Assembly (NCBI GenBank): GCA_050179755.1
Contig: JBFXEV010000001.1
Location: 677,940-741,939, forward strand
Source of the DNA: Candidatus Babeliales bacterium
GTDB lineage: Bacteria > Babelota > Babeliae > Babelales > JBFXEV01
DNA: 64,000 nucleotides
Reading direction: 5' to 3'
Shown: one piece after another, positions 45,986-54,014 of the stretch
Position numbering within the stretch: the stretch's first letter is position 1
How the letters are laid out: each line of letters starts with the position of its first letter
Translations under genes and position numbers: made by a program
Notes under the pieces: generated by a model
Database searches by the model: none
What the model was told of the DNA's origin: nothing
Seen by the model: the letters and a program-made list of their open reading frames with translations, nothing else

Positions 45986-46411
45986 TTAAGATTGCACGGG
46001 AATAAATAGGCTGTTGCCACTCATACGCAGAATTGGTTGTAAATCAGGAAATTGTAAAATAGCTCCCGGCAGAACTTGTAGTTGGGCATTACCATTAAAT
46101 GTGATATTGAGCCCAATTATCCAACGTGCCGATGTGCTAACAATAAAAGCGCCGCTAGTACTTGATGTCAAAGTAACAACATCGGTTTGCAGATCAAACC
46201 CTGGCCCTGCTTCAATGAGCAAGCACCCGATAGTATCGGTAATAACTATATCTTCATCAAGAATAATGGTACTGGTTTCATTAGGGCGAAATGGATTATC
46301 GCACGAATAGAGTTGATTAAATTCGCTTGCAGTTATAATAACACTAAGTGATTGGGTGCAATAAAGCGATAGTGCAATACATGTTGCACTCAAAAGGTAA
46401 TTGTTCATCAT
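45986..46411 (-). CDS. Small secreted beta-rich protein, first gene of the OMP/esterase operon (D)
   Basis: Leader MMNNYLLSATCIALSLYC. ITFNGNAQLQVLPGAILQF resembles IIEENAQLFVEKGTLLGIE in the esterase protein's C-terminal half. Confidence 0.6.
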   Translation of the reverse strand: MMNNYLLSATCIALSLYCTQSLSVIITASEFNQLYSCDNPFRPNETSTIILDEDIVITDTIGCLLIEAGPGFDLQTDVVTLTSSTSGAFIVSTSARWIIGLNITFNGNAQLQVLPGAILQFPDLQPILRMSGNSLFIPVQS

Positions 46412-46485
46412 ATGCTCTCTTTAAGTTATATATAAAATTTATATACAACTTAAGTTCAGCAGATGATGAACAACTTGTCAAGCGC
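46399..46485 (-). promoter_or_regulatory. Duplicated promoter/leader module, copy 1 (TTGACA-N17-TGcTGAACT plus start-codon-occluding inverted repeat)
   Basis: The 87-bp block is alignable to 51275-51360, and its distal 36 bp match that copy at 35 positions. -35 at 46476-46481, -10 at 46453-46458. Arms at 46462-46476 and 46399-46413. Confidence 0.6.
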
Positions 46486-47109
46486 TTAAGAATTTGGGTT
46501 TTTCATACCCTCGAGCACAGATTCTTTTGTTGTGGGAGGTGGCGCATTTTTGGCAGCCTCAGCTTGTTGCTCTGGGGTAAGTTTAGGTTTAACTGGGTCG
46601 CCAGCTTGGGTTGTGAATGTACCATCAGGGTTTCTAACCATGCCTACAGCGCCTTCTGGTAGTGGTTCTGGTGGTTTTGTATAGTTAAACGTTGCAACAG
46701 CTGCGCCATCTTCGCGCGTGAGAATAATATTTTGATTAGGGCAACCTTTTTGTGTATTGTTTTTTGGAATAGCTTTTGCAAATTCTGTTTGATCTTGGAA
46801 TTTTACCATAACTGATGATACACAGAAGCCCATGCGTGCGCCTTCTTTAAATGTATAGGTAGTAGATTCATTGGGTTGTAAGTTACGGTACTGACCTTCA
46901 GGATCAAGCCTGCCTGTTTGATCATATGCTAAATTTCCCTGACTTCCTTTACTCACATAACTATAGCCAGCAGCGGTAATAAAAACTTGTGCGGGCGTTG
47001 AAGTATTATTTGTTATGGTAAAAAGTCTTGGCGTGGGTTCTGCTGCAAACGCATGTAATGAAATGGTTAATGCTAGTATGGTAAGCGCAATGTTATGTAC
47101 TCTATTCAT
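46486..47109 (-). CDS. Family C secreted protein (C1)
   Basis: ATG 47109 (MNRVHNIALTILALTISLHAFA) lies 1 nt after the A3 stop. FTITNNTSTPAQVFITAAGYSYVSKGSQGNLAYD aligns to C2. Pro/Ala/Lys-rich tail. Confidence 0.7.
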   Translation of the reverse strand: MNRVHNIALTILALTISLHAFAAEPTPRLFTITNNTSTPAQVFITAAGYSYVSKGSQGNLAYDQTGRLDPEGQYRNLQPNESTTYTFKEGARMGFCVSSVMVKFQDQTEFAKAIPKNNTQKGCPNQNIILTREDGAAVATFNYTKPPEPLPEGAVGMVRNPDGTFTTQAGDPVKPKLTPEQQAEAAKNAPPPTTKESVLEGMKNPNS

Positions 47110-47110
47110 A

Positions 47111-47704
47111 TTAATCCTTGCCAAGTTCAGCAGTAAGCGGTGTAGTACCAATTTTTGGTGTTGAACTATCCTTTATTGCTTTTTGGAATGCAGGCAATGT
47201 TGCTACTACTTTGCCGTTACCGGTAAGTACAAGCTTTATAGCGCCTGGTTCTTGTAAATCAGCTGGCGTATCAATAGAAACCATTTGGTCTACTGAAGTC
47301 CACATAGTTTCATTTGGCTTTTGCACAAATATGCCCACTATTGTTTTGCCCTGATCACCAATATTTGGATCATTTTTAGCTTTTTTAATAGCAGCAAGTA
47401 AGTTTGCTGGCGCATCAGTGGGCAATGGTTGAGCGAGATCGAGCATGTAGAATAAGCCTTTAACTTTTTTGCCCGTGTATCTACCTTGTGTTGGGATTAT
47501 TTCAATTATTTTTTTACCGCTTGTTGGTAGTGCAATGGTAGCAATCACTTGTTTATTAATAATGCCATAATCTTCTGCCTGAATATCGGTAGTATCAATA
47601 GTTGCTTTTGCGGATTTAATGGGGCCAAGATCTAAGTTCATTGCAAAACTAAATTGAGAGATCAAGCAACTGAACAGTGTGCTTATGAGTAAGTTATTTT
47701 TCAT
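47111..47704 (-). CDS. Family A secreted protein (A3)
   Basis: AAGGAA precedes the ATG. GKKIIEIIPTQGRYTGKKVKGLFYMLDLAQPLPTDAPANLLAAIKKAKNDP. Confidence 0.7.
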   Translation of the reverse strand: MKNNLLISTLFSCLISQFSFAMNLDLGPIKSAKATIDTTDIQAEDYGIINKQVIATIALPTSGKKIIEIIPTQGRYTGKKVKGLFYMLDLAQPLPTDAPANLLAAIKKAKNDPNIGDQGKTIVGIFVQKPNETMWTSVDQMVSIDTPADLQEPGAIKLVLTGNGKVVATLPAFQKAIKDSSTPKIGTTPLTAELGKD

Positions 47705-47731
47705 GATAGAGTTCCTTTTTTATTCATATTT

Positions 47732-48370
47732 TTAAAATGCTTTAGCCAAATCAGTAGTCATAACGCTAGCAGGAACAGTGTTTCCTTGCCCATCTTTATG
47801 TGCTGGTGAATAAATTTTTGCGCGTCCATCGGGAAATATCTCAGTAGCAATAGGCTTCATTTTATTAAAGGGGTCATCACTGAAAGAAGCAATGAGTTCA
47901 GCCCATTGTTTGCCAGTCGAACGATATACTTTTAACATAGTAACCGCCCAAGGGTATTCCTTTTTACCGTCAATAGCTTCTTGATAGATGTTTGGATTTG
48001 ATAATCCTTTAGGCATGTTATCAAGCTCAAATGCATTAAATAAAATTTTAATTTGTTGTTCTTTAAGTCGACCTTCAGTGGGTGTGAAAGTAACTATTTT
48101 TTTGCCACCTGCAGTCATGTCTATATCGACTTGGCGTTTTGCAGTAATGCGACCTAATGGTTGTACTTTTACACCTGTAGTAGTAAAGGTTAGTAAGTCG
48201 CCAGCTTTACCAACTGTAGCCGATTTTACTACAACATCGCCTACTGAACAATTTTCAATTTCCCCTTGGCAGATGTTGGCAGTTTTACTGTTATCGTCTT
48301 GTTTGGGCAAGGTCATGTTTGTAGTAAGTGCCAGCCCTATAACCGTTAATGTTATAATATAGTTTTTCAT
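47732..48370 (-). CDS. Family A secreted protein (A4)
   Basis: GGKKIVTFTPTEGRLKEQQIKILFNAFELDNMPKG...LKVYRSTGKQWAELIASF. Confidence 0.7.
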   Translation of the reverse strand: MKNYIITLTVIGLALTTNMTLPKQDDNSKTANICQGEIENCSVGDVVVKSATVGKAGDLLTFTTTGVKVQPLGRITAKRQVDIDMTAGGKKIVTFTPTEGRLKEQQIKILFNAFELDNMPKGLSNPNIYQEAIDGKKEYPWAVTMLKVYRSTGKQWAELIASFSDDPFNKMKPIATEIFPDGRAKIYSPAHKDGQGNTVPASVMTTDLAKAF

Positions 48371-48419
48371 GGTACTATCCCTTAATTAATCTAAATTTTT
48401 CATTATTCTTTCCACCTTC

Positions 48420-48449
48420 AGCATAGCATTTTTATTGACTATTAAGCAA
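48420..48449 (-). promoter_or_regulatory. Sigma70-type promoter for A4 (TTGCTT-N18-TATGCT)
   Basis: The minus strand reads TTGCTTaatagtcaataaaaatgcTATGCT. Homologous to the B3 and A5 promoters. Confidence 0.55.
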
Positions 48450-48455
48450 TAGTTT

Positions 48456-48496
48456 AAAAAAACATACTGCCCCAAGTGATTTCTCTCTTGGGGCAG
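48456..48496 (-). terminator. Rho-independent terminator after A5
   Basis: 10-bp stem ctgccccaag/cttggggcag, followed on the minus strand by U7. Confidence 0.8.
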
Positions 48497-48522
48497 TGTT
48501 ATAAACTACGTTTTGATTAAGA

Positions 48523-49230
48523 TTACTGTGCTGTTTTAGGGAGTTTTTGAATCTCATCAAGTGTCATACCAAGTTCAAGTTGAAGTGGTGGAGCACTTAC
48601 TTTTTTGGTTGTGCCATCTGTTTGTGGCGCAAGGAACGATGGAAGATATGCAATTACTTTACCACCTGGTTGAATTACAAGTCTGATACCTTTACCTTGT
48701 GCTAAATCTTGAGGCGTATCACTACTTCCGTCAACATAGAATGGCGTCCAAAGGCCTTGTTCATCAGGTCCTTGGCGGAACGCACCAGTTACTGTCTTTA
48801 AATCAGCAAAGTTAATTTTTGGATTTGCTTTAGCTTTTTCTATTGCTTCTTTCATAATAGAAGGAGCATCTGCCGGCAACGGCTGGCTTAAATCAATTGT
48901 ATATAACGCTGCTTTGATTTGTTGGTTGGCATAGCTGCCTGTAGTTGGCGTAAATGAAAATATTTTTTTACCGGTTGCAGGAATAGCGATTGTTTTTTGA
49001 GTCATTCTGGTAATAACGCCAAATGATTCAACGGGAACGCCTACTGTGTTGAGCGCTTCAGGTTGGAACGCACCACCCATAGTAATATCACCAGTTATAC
49101 AACCACCAACTACGTAACCTACGCAGTTAAGAATTGTTTTTACGGTTGTATCACGCCCTGAAGCGTAACCTAACTGTGAAAACGTTAAGCAACCTACGAT
49201 TGCTAACATGATTGAAGTTTTGTTATTCAT
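48523..49230 (-). CDS. Family A secreted protein (A5), possible lipoprotein
   Basis: MNNKTSIMLAIVGC contains a lipobox-like IVGC. GKKIFSFTPTTGSYANQQIKAALYTIDLSQPLPADAPSIMKEAIEKAKANP. Confidence 0.7.
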   Translation of the reverse strand: MNNKTSIMLAIVGCLTFSQLGYASGRDTTVKTILNCVGYVVGGCITGDITMGGAFQPEALNTVGVPVESFGVITRMTQKTIAIPATGKKIFSFTPTTGSYANQQIKAALYTIDLSQPLPADAPSIMKEAIEKAKANPKINFADLKTVTGAFRQGPDEQGLWTPFYVDGSSDTPQDLAQGKGIRLVIQPGGKVIAYLPSFLAPQTDGTTKKVSAPPLQLELGMTLDEIQKLPKTAQ

Positions 49231-49296
49231 GATAACACTCCTTTATTATTAGTTATACTTTTTTTTGTTCTACTGTATAAGTATCTTTACACTTTT

Positions 49297-49326
49297 AGTT
49301 TACCATTATTAATTTCTAATATGCAA
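49297..49326 (-). promoter_or_regulatory. Sigma70-type promoter for A5 (TTGCAT-N18-TAAACT)
   Basis: The minus strand reads TTGCATattagaaattaataatggTAAACT. Confidence 0.55.
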
Positions 49327-49423
49327 TAGTTTTTCCTTGGGCGGGAAAGGCAGCGCAGGCTTGTTTAGAGGTATTCAGGTTAAAATCAAGGTAAGGCAGG
49401 AGGGTGGTTTTCAAGAATATATA

Positions 49424-49453
49424 TTGACTTTTTTAATACAGATTGAGTATTAT
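49424..49453 (+). promoter_or_regulatory. Sigma70-type promoter for B4 (TTGACT-N18-TATTAT)
   Basis: ttgact at 49424-49429 and tattat at 49448-49453. AAGGAG lies before ATG 49499. Confidence 0.6.
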
Positions 49454-49498
49454 TAAATTAGGTAGATCCTTAAAAAAAGCTAGTACTAAAGGAGTTTT

Positions 49499-49891
49499 AT
49501 GATGAAAAAACGTATAATTGCGCTAGCATTGTTAGTGGCGAGTATTTCTGGTTCACAAATGATCGCTATACAGATAAAAAATAATCTTAGGTATGGTGTT
49601 GCGGTGAGTGACGCTGATGGTGCCCGAATAGCAAATATTTGCACCATGGACACGGTAAATTGTGAAATTAGAGGTAAAGTTACACGATCTGGCGTTGAGC
49701 TTACCCGTGATCAAATGCGCGTGCGTCTCAATGTAAATGGTATTGATATTTATCCTGGTGAAACCAAAGAAGTGGGTTTTTGGGGTGATGGTTCAAGATT
49801 AACTGCATATTATGATACTACCGTGTTGCAATTTACAGCGCCAGTGCAAAATTCTTTAGAGTTCCCACGCGATTTTAAATTAGCCAGATAA
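49499..49891 (+). CDS. Family B-like small secreted protein (B4, divergent)
   Basis: Leader MMKKRIIALALLVASISGSQMIA. IQIKNNLRYGVAVS start strand. Two Cys (ICTMDTVNC). Confidence 0.6.
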   Translation: MMKKRIIALALLVASISGSQMIAIQIKNNLRYGVAVSDADGARIANICTMDTVNCEIRGKVTRSGVELTRDQMRVRLNVNGIDIYPGETKEVGFWGDGSRLTAYYDTTVLQFTAPVQNSLEFPRDFKLAR

Positions 49892-51244
49892 ATTAATTTC
49901 ATTTCCTGACGTATCAAAATATTTGGCATAGGCATACGAAATATAGAGTATATTGCGTTGCCACTGCACGGCTTTAAATCGAGCTGAAAGACACATTAAT
50001 TTGGGGATATTGGAATTTTTGCACCATATATCATTGGTTATTGCAAGTATGGTTGACCCTTTTTCATACCTATCGTCTGGCTTATCATTAAAAAAAAGTT
50101 CCGAACAAATATACGGTATAAATGAAACTCCTTCAAGAATATGGAGCATTGGTCGCTCATTTGTGGATGGAGTTATGCCCGGATAAGTACTGAAAAATAA
50201 CTTTTCAAACAATTTAAAATTATAAATTTCTGGCAATGCTTCAGTAAGGAGCATTGCATGCCGCTTATCAAAGATTTCTTTTAATTTCCCATTAAAAAAC
50301 CAATGTAACGTGTTGCGGTAAGAAGGGCCATCCCAGCGAAATGAGCCAAGTACAATATGTAGTGGCCGCAGCAAATCTTCTTCTGACCACATTGCGCAAA
50401 GATCAGGGTCTTTGCTTAAATGATCACAAAAAATGGATGACTCAGGCATAATAATAAGCTTGGCATCAGGTTGTAATACCGCTACATGGAAGAATAATTC
50501 TTGCGCCAATTTTGCTTGTTTTGTTAAATCAACTTGGCTTGAAAGTTTGCTTGGCAGGTAGGCTATTTCTTTGAGCCATGCCGGTTTTATCATCGGTGCG
50601 AGCGGAATTACCAAACTAATAAGCCAGGGGGCTGCGAATGCTATCACCCAAAAAAAAGCATAGAGAGATTTTCTTATATACAAGTAAACGAGTGATCCTG
50701 AAAAACTTATAAGTAATAAGATAAGTATTGTTTTGCCAAGATAAGGCAAAAGTGCAAGTAAGCGCGGTTCCTCTGCAAGAACAAGTACGGGATTAAAGAA
50801 AAAATGCCCTTCACAGCGCCCAAAGAGTATAAAGCAATAATGTTCCATAAAAAGAATAAAAAGTGTGTACGTACTAACCCATAAAAAGAGTCGCTGCCCT
50901 ACGCTGCGTAATGAAAAAAAGTTAATTATGGTATTATTGAGCAAAAACCAGCATGCCGCATAAAAAGCAGCGGTGGAGATGAGTACTAATGCGGGAGCAA
51001 GGCGTGCAAGAATTGAGCCTTTTGCAAAGTTATCAATACCTGTAATAACGCCAGCCAGGTGAAGAGTGAAGGTAATAATTCCCCATAGAAAACCACGTTT
51101 AAACGAGAGATTGTTATATACTGCTATATATAAAAGGGGTGCAGCGAAAATAAAAACCAAGGGCCAAAAATAGCTACTCAAAAGTAATGGCAGCGCATAG
51201 CAAATTGCAGAAAGAATAAAGAGTAGCCAATGAGCGAGTATCAT
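49880..51244 (-). CDS. lnt: Apolipoprotein N-acyltransferase
   Basis: Polytopic N-terminal half, then a CN-hydrolase triad context: IIMPESS (Glu), FDKRHAMLLTEALP (Lys), IPYICSELFF (Cys). Confidence 0.8.
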   Translation of the reverse strand: MILAHWLLFILSAICYALPLLLSSYFWPLVFIFAAPLLYIAVYNNLSFKRGFLWGIITFTLHLAGVITGIDNFAKGSILARLAPALVLISTAAFYAACWFLLNNTIINFFSLRSVGQRLFLWVSTYTLFILFMEHYCFILFGRCEGHFFFNPVLVLAEEPRLLALLPYLGKTILILLLISFSGSLVYLYIRKSLYAFFWVIAFAAPWLISLVIPLAPMIKPAWLKEIAYLPSKLSSQVDLTKQAKLAQELFFHVAVLQPDAKLIIMPESSIFCDHLSKDPDLCAMWSEEDLLRPLHIVLGSFRWDGPSYRNTLHWFFNGKLKEIFDKRHAMLLTEALPEIYNFKLFEKLFFSTYPGITPSTNERPMLHILEGVSFIPYICSELFFNDKPDDRYEKGSTILAITNDIWCKNSNIPKLMCLSARFKAVQWQRNILYISYAYAKYFDTSGNEINLSG

Positions 51245-51291
51245 TGTATGCCACCAAAAAGCAGCATTAAATAGAAGTTGTTCATCATCAT
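51241..51291 (-). other. 16-codon upstream ORF (MMMNNFYLMLLFGGIQ*) whose TGA overlaps the lnt ATG (ATGA)
   Basis: AAGGAAA precedes the triple ATG. The N-terminus is homologous to the start of gene D (MMNNYLL). Confidence 0.4.
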
Positions 51292-51360
51292 GCTTTCCTT
51301 ACAATATACAAATAAGTATATATTTTAAGTTCAGCAGACGATGAACAACTTGTCAAGCGC
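51275..51360 (-). promoter_or_regulatory. Duplicated promoter/leader module, copy 2
   Basis: -35 TTGACA at 51351-51356 and -10 TGcTGAACT at 51328-51333. 15-bp inverted-repeat arms at 51337-51351 and 51275-51289, with one G-U pair. Confidence 0.6.
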
Positions 51361-51396
51361 GGTCATATAGCCGCAGTGGGAATTTTGATCACCCGT

Positions 51397-51903
51397 TTAT
51401 GAAGACGGTTGCTTTCCTTTAGATGGCATCTTGCCAGCAGTAACACTTTCAACAGGTTCAGTTTTTGCAGTAAGTGATTCTCCACCTTCAAAGTTAATTG
51501 AAGGTTTACCATCTGCTCTTCGCGTTAAATTAATAGTTTGAGTGGTTCCTGCAGCTACTTTATTTTCTTTAACAGCGCGTACAAAATCTGGTTCGCCTGC
51601 AAATTTTACCATAAGATCTTTTAATGGCATACCTTGGCGTGCATCGCCACCTTCCCAAGAATAATCTGTTGATTTACCGGGTTCAAGAGTACGAGTTTTC
51701 CCTTTAGGGTCATCCAAATTGCCTTCCATATCAAACGCAAGGTTTCCTTTACTGTTTTTACTTATAAAATCATAGCCTTCCGCTGTGATATATATTTCTG
51801 CATTTACGGCAGCATTATTTTTAACTGTAAAATCAGCTAATATATGGTTGCAGCTTAACGTCATAAGAGCTGCGATAGCCATGTTGAGTGATAAACGTTT
51901 CAT
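51397..51903 (-). CDS. Family C secreted protein (C2)
   Basis: Leader MKRLSLNMAIAALMTLSCNHILA. FTVKNNAAVNAEIYITAEGYDFISKNSKGNLAFD. Confidence 0.7.
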   Translation of the reverse strand: MKRLSLNMAIAALMTLSCNHILADFTVKNNAAVNAEIYITAEGYDFISKNSKGNLAFDMEGNLDDPKGKTRTLEPGKSTDYSWEGGDARQGMPLKDLMVKFAGEPDFVRAVKENKVAAGTTQTINLTRRADGKPSINFEGGESLTAKTEPVESVTAGKMPSKGKQPSS

Positions 51904-51928
51904 AGTAAACTCCTTTAAGTCTTAAGTT

Positions 51929-52594
51929 TTATTTTTGTGTTTCGCCTGAGCGTACTTGGCGGTAATATTCAAGCTTTCTGGCAAGTGAATCACCTGGATC
52001 TGGTTCTGAAAATCCTTCTTTCATCGTATCGCCAAAATCTCTAAATCCGGCAGAAACTGTTGTTACGTTTTCTGCTTCATATTTTTGCCAGCCTTCAAGT
52101 ATTACTGAGGCCTTTTTGCTTGATGCAAAATCAGTAGCTTTTTTACCGCCAACAATAGTGAGTGCACCTTTGCCGTGGAGTACTGTAGCTATTTTTAAAA
52201 GCTCATTTTGTGCTGCATAGAAAAGCGCAGTCATGCCGGCATTGTTTGGCAAATTTAGCAATTCTGTGGCAGCGTCTTCTTTAGGTAGTTTTGTAAGCAA
52301 TCGGTTGATAATATCGGTGATATATTGCGTCGCTTGTGCTTCTCCATAAAGAGCTACCGCCTGTGGAAATCCCTTAATGGCTGCAGTAATGAGCGTATTG
52401 CCGTTAGCATCACGGGCAACATATAAATCTTCGGTGCTAATCAAAAGAGATTTTGCTTGATTGAGCAAATTTACATAATCACCTTTCTCTGCAAAGGCAA
52501 AAAACTTTGTAGCTTCATCGGGCGAGCCAAATGCGCCAAAAGATGAAAGCAGCATCATGCTTGCTCCAAGATAGGTTAAAAATTTAGAATTCAT
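51929..52594 (-). CDS. Secreted ankyrin-like repeat protein (paralog of 53284..53832)
   Basis: ARDANGNTLITAAIKGFPQAVALYGEAQATQYITDIINRLL; NNAGMTALFYAAQNELLKIATVLHGKGA. Confidence 0.7.
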   Translation of the reverse strand: MNSKFLTYLGASMMLLSSFGAFGSPDEATKFFAFAEKGDYVNLLNQAKSLLISTEDLYVARDANGNTLITAAIKGFPQAVALYGEAQATQYITDIINRLLTKLPKEDAATELLNLPNNAGMTALFYAAQNELLKIATVLHGKGALTIVGGKKATDFASSKKASVILEGWQKYEAENVTTVSAGFRDFGDTMKEGFSEPDPGDSLARKLEYYRQVRSGETQK

Positions 52595-52656
52595 TGGTTT
52601 TCTCCTGTTTTTTTACTATTTTTTACCCTCATAGGGCATGCTTCTATATCACCAAT

Positions 52657-52686
52657 AGTATATCAATTTTGTCATTCAAATAGCAA
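52657..52686 (-). promoter_or_regulatory. Promoter TTGCTA-N18-TATACT
   Basis: The minus strand reads TTGCTAtttgaatgacaaaattgaTATACT. The attcaaatagcaat core is shared with 53882-53911. Confidence 0.55.
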
Positions 52687-52747
52687 TATTATAGTATTTT
52701 TTTACTTCAAGTGTGCAGGTTAGGGTTGAGGAGGGCTTTTTTTTGGA

Positions 52748-53287
52748 TTATTTGTAATTGCTTTCAATCAAGGTAAACCCCTCAGTTTCTTCCTTCTCTT
52801 TAAGAAACCGTGCCAATTGTTCAAACTTACGCTTTTCTTTGGGGTTTTGTAAGCGCGATGCTATATCTTGTGCCCAAGCGCTTGCTGTTTTGCCTAAACT
52901 GTCTTTAAGGGTATAGTCTACGTGCGTCTTTGTATCTAAGTAGGTAATAACCGATTGTAGGCCAAAAAGTGCTGCCATCATAAGAGCAGTTTGCTGCGCA
53001 ACATTTTGAGCATTCACATTAATGCCTTTTAGGGGAATCAATTCTTTTATAAGCGATAGTGCTTGCTCTTCAGTAATAATATCAGTGCCAACCGCTTCAA
53101 GTACTGCGTGGAGTGGCGTGTTGCCTTTGCCGTCGCGCAATGTTGCTAAATTTTTTGATTGACTGATTAGCTTACGAGCCTGTGCAACATCTCCTTTATA
53201 AAGTGCTTGAAATAACTCAGTTGACCCACGTAGCATGTTTGGCGCGCAGATAATGCTTGTGCATATGATTATTGTTTGTAATTTCAT
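52748..53287 (-). CDS. Secreted ankyrin-repeat protein
   Basis: RDGKGNTPLHAVLEA; NVAQQTALMMAALFGLQSVITYLD. The start overlaps the upstream stop (ATGA). Confidence 0.7.
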   Translation of the reverse strand: MKLQTIIICTSIICAPNMLRGSTELFQALYKGDVAQARKLISQSKNLATLRDGKGNTPLHAVLEAVGTDIITEEQALSLIKELIPLKGINVNAQNVAQQTALMMAALFGLQSVITYLDTKTHVDYTLKDSLGKTASAWAQDIASRLQNPKEKRKFEQLARFLKEKEETEGFTLIESNYK

Positions 53288-53832
53288 TTTTTATCCCCCA
53301 CTAATACCCAGTCGTCTTCCAGATTCTCCCATTGCGCTAAAATTGTTTTAAGTTGCGCATTTTTTGCATAGGAAGATGCTTTTTTACCATCTTTTGTAAC
53401 TGAGAAGGCTCCTTTATCATGCAAAAGAACCGCTACTTTTAAAAGCCCCAATTGAGTTGCCATAAAAAGAGGCGGCATGCCCGCTTTGGTTGCCTCATTT
53501 ACCAGTTTAACTGCGTCTGCTTTATCAATCCTTAAAAGGAGCATGGAAAGTACGTCATAGAGTAATTGTGAGGCTTTTGGCTCGCCATATTTTGCTACCG
53601 CTAATTTGTAACCTTGTAAAGCAGCACTAATAAGCGTATTGCCATTATCGCGCGCGTTCATTATTTCTTGAGCAGTTAATTTGCGATTTTTAGTAAGATC
53701 GAGAAGCACTTGGTAAAAGCCTTTTTCAGAGGCTTGAAAGAATTTTTTAACATCTTCGTTTGAACCTAAAAGGGCAAGGGGTAAGCATAAAAAACTGCTT
53801 ACGGCGATAGTCTTTAAGATAATGGCTTTCAT
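53284..53832 (-). CDS. Secreted ankyrin-like repeat protein
   Basis: CAGGAG precedes ATG 53832 (MKAIILKTIAVSSFLCLPLALLGS). The predicted promoter lies inside the track's longer N-terminus. Confidence 0.7.
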   Translation of the reverse strand: MKAIILKTIAVSSFLCLPLALLGSNEDVKKFFQASEKGFYQVLLDLTKNRKLTAQEIMNARDNGNTLISAALQGYKLAVAKYGEPKASQLLYDVLSMLLLRIDKADAVKLVNEATKAGMPPLFMATQLGLLKVAVLLHDKGAFSVTKDGKKASSYAKNAQLKTILAQWENLEDDWVLVGDKK

Positions 53833-53881
53833 GAGAGCTCCTGTTTTTTGGCTTTTAATCTTGTGTAGCCTTGTTAATTTC

Positions 53882-53911
53882 AGTGTACCAATTTGGCTAT
53901 TCAAATAGCAA
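53882..53911 (-). promoter_or_regulatory. Promoter TTGCTA-N18-TACACT
   Basis: The minus strand reads TTGCTAtttgaatagccaaattggTACACT. Confidence 0.55.
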
Positions 53912-54014
53912 TAAAGGCAATGCTTGAATGGTGAATTAAGTCATTCATTGTTTTGTAATGCGTGAATTTGTTATAATTATGGTAGAAAGATGCCGTAAAT
54001 TGAGGAATAAGTTT

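Noticed and set aside
46486-47109. Similarity of the family B/C opening strand (FTITNNTS...VFITAAG) to the thaumatin/osmotin N-terminus (..IxNNCxxTVW..).
   Set aside because: Only a short strand-level resemblance. The thaumatin Cys pattern and length are absent, so this is probably convergent beta-strand composition.
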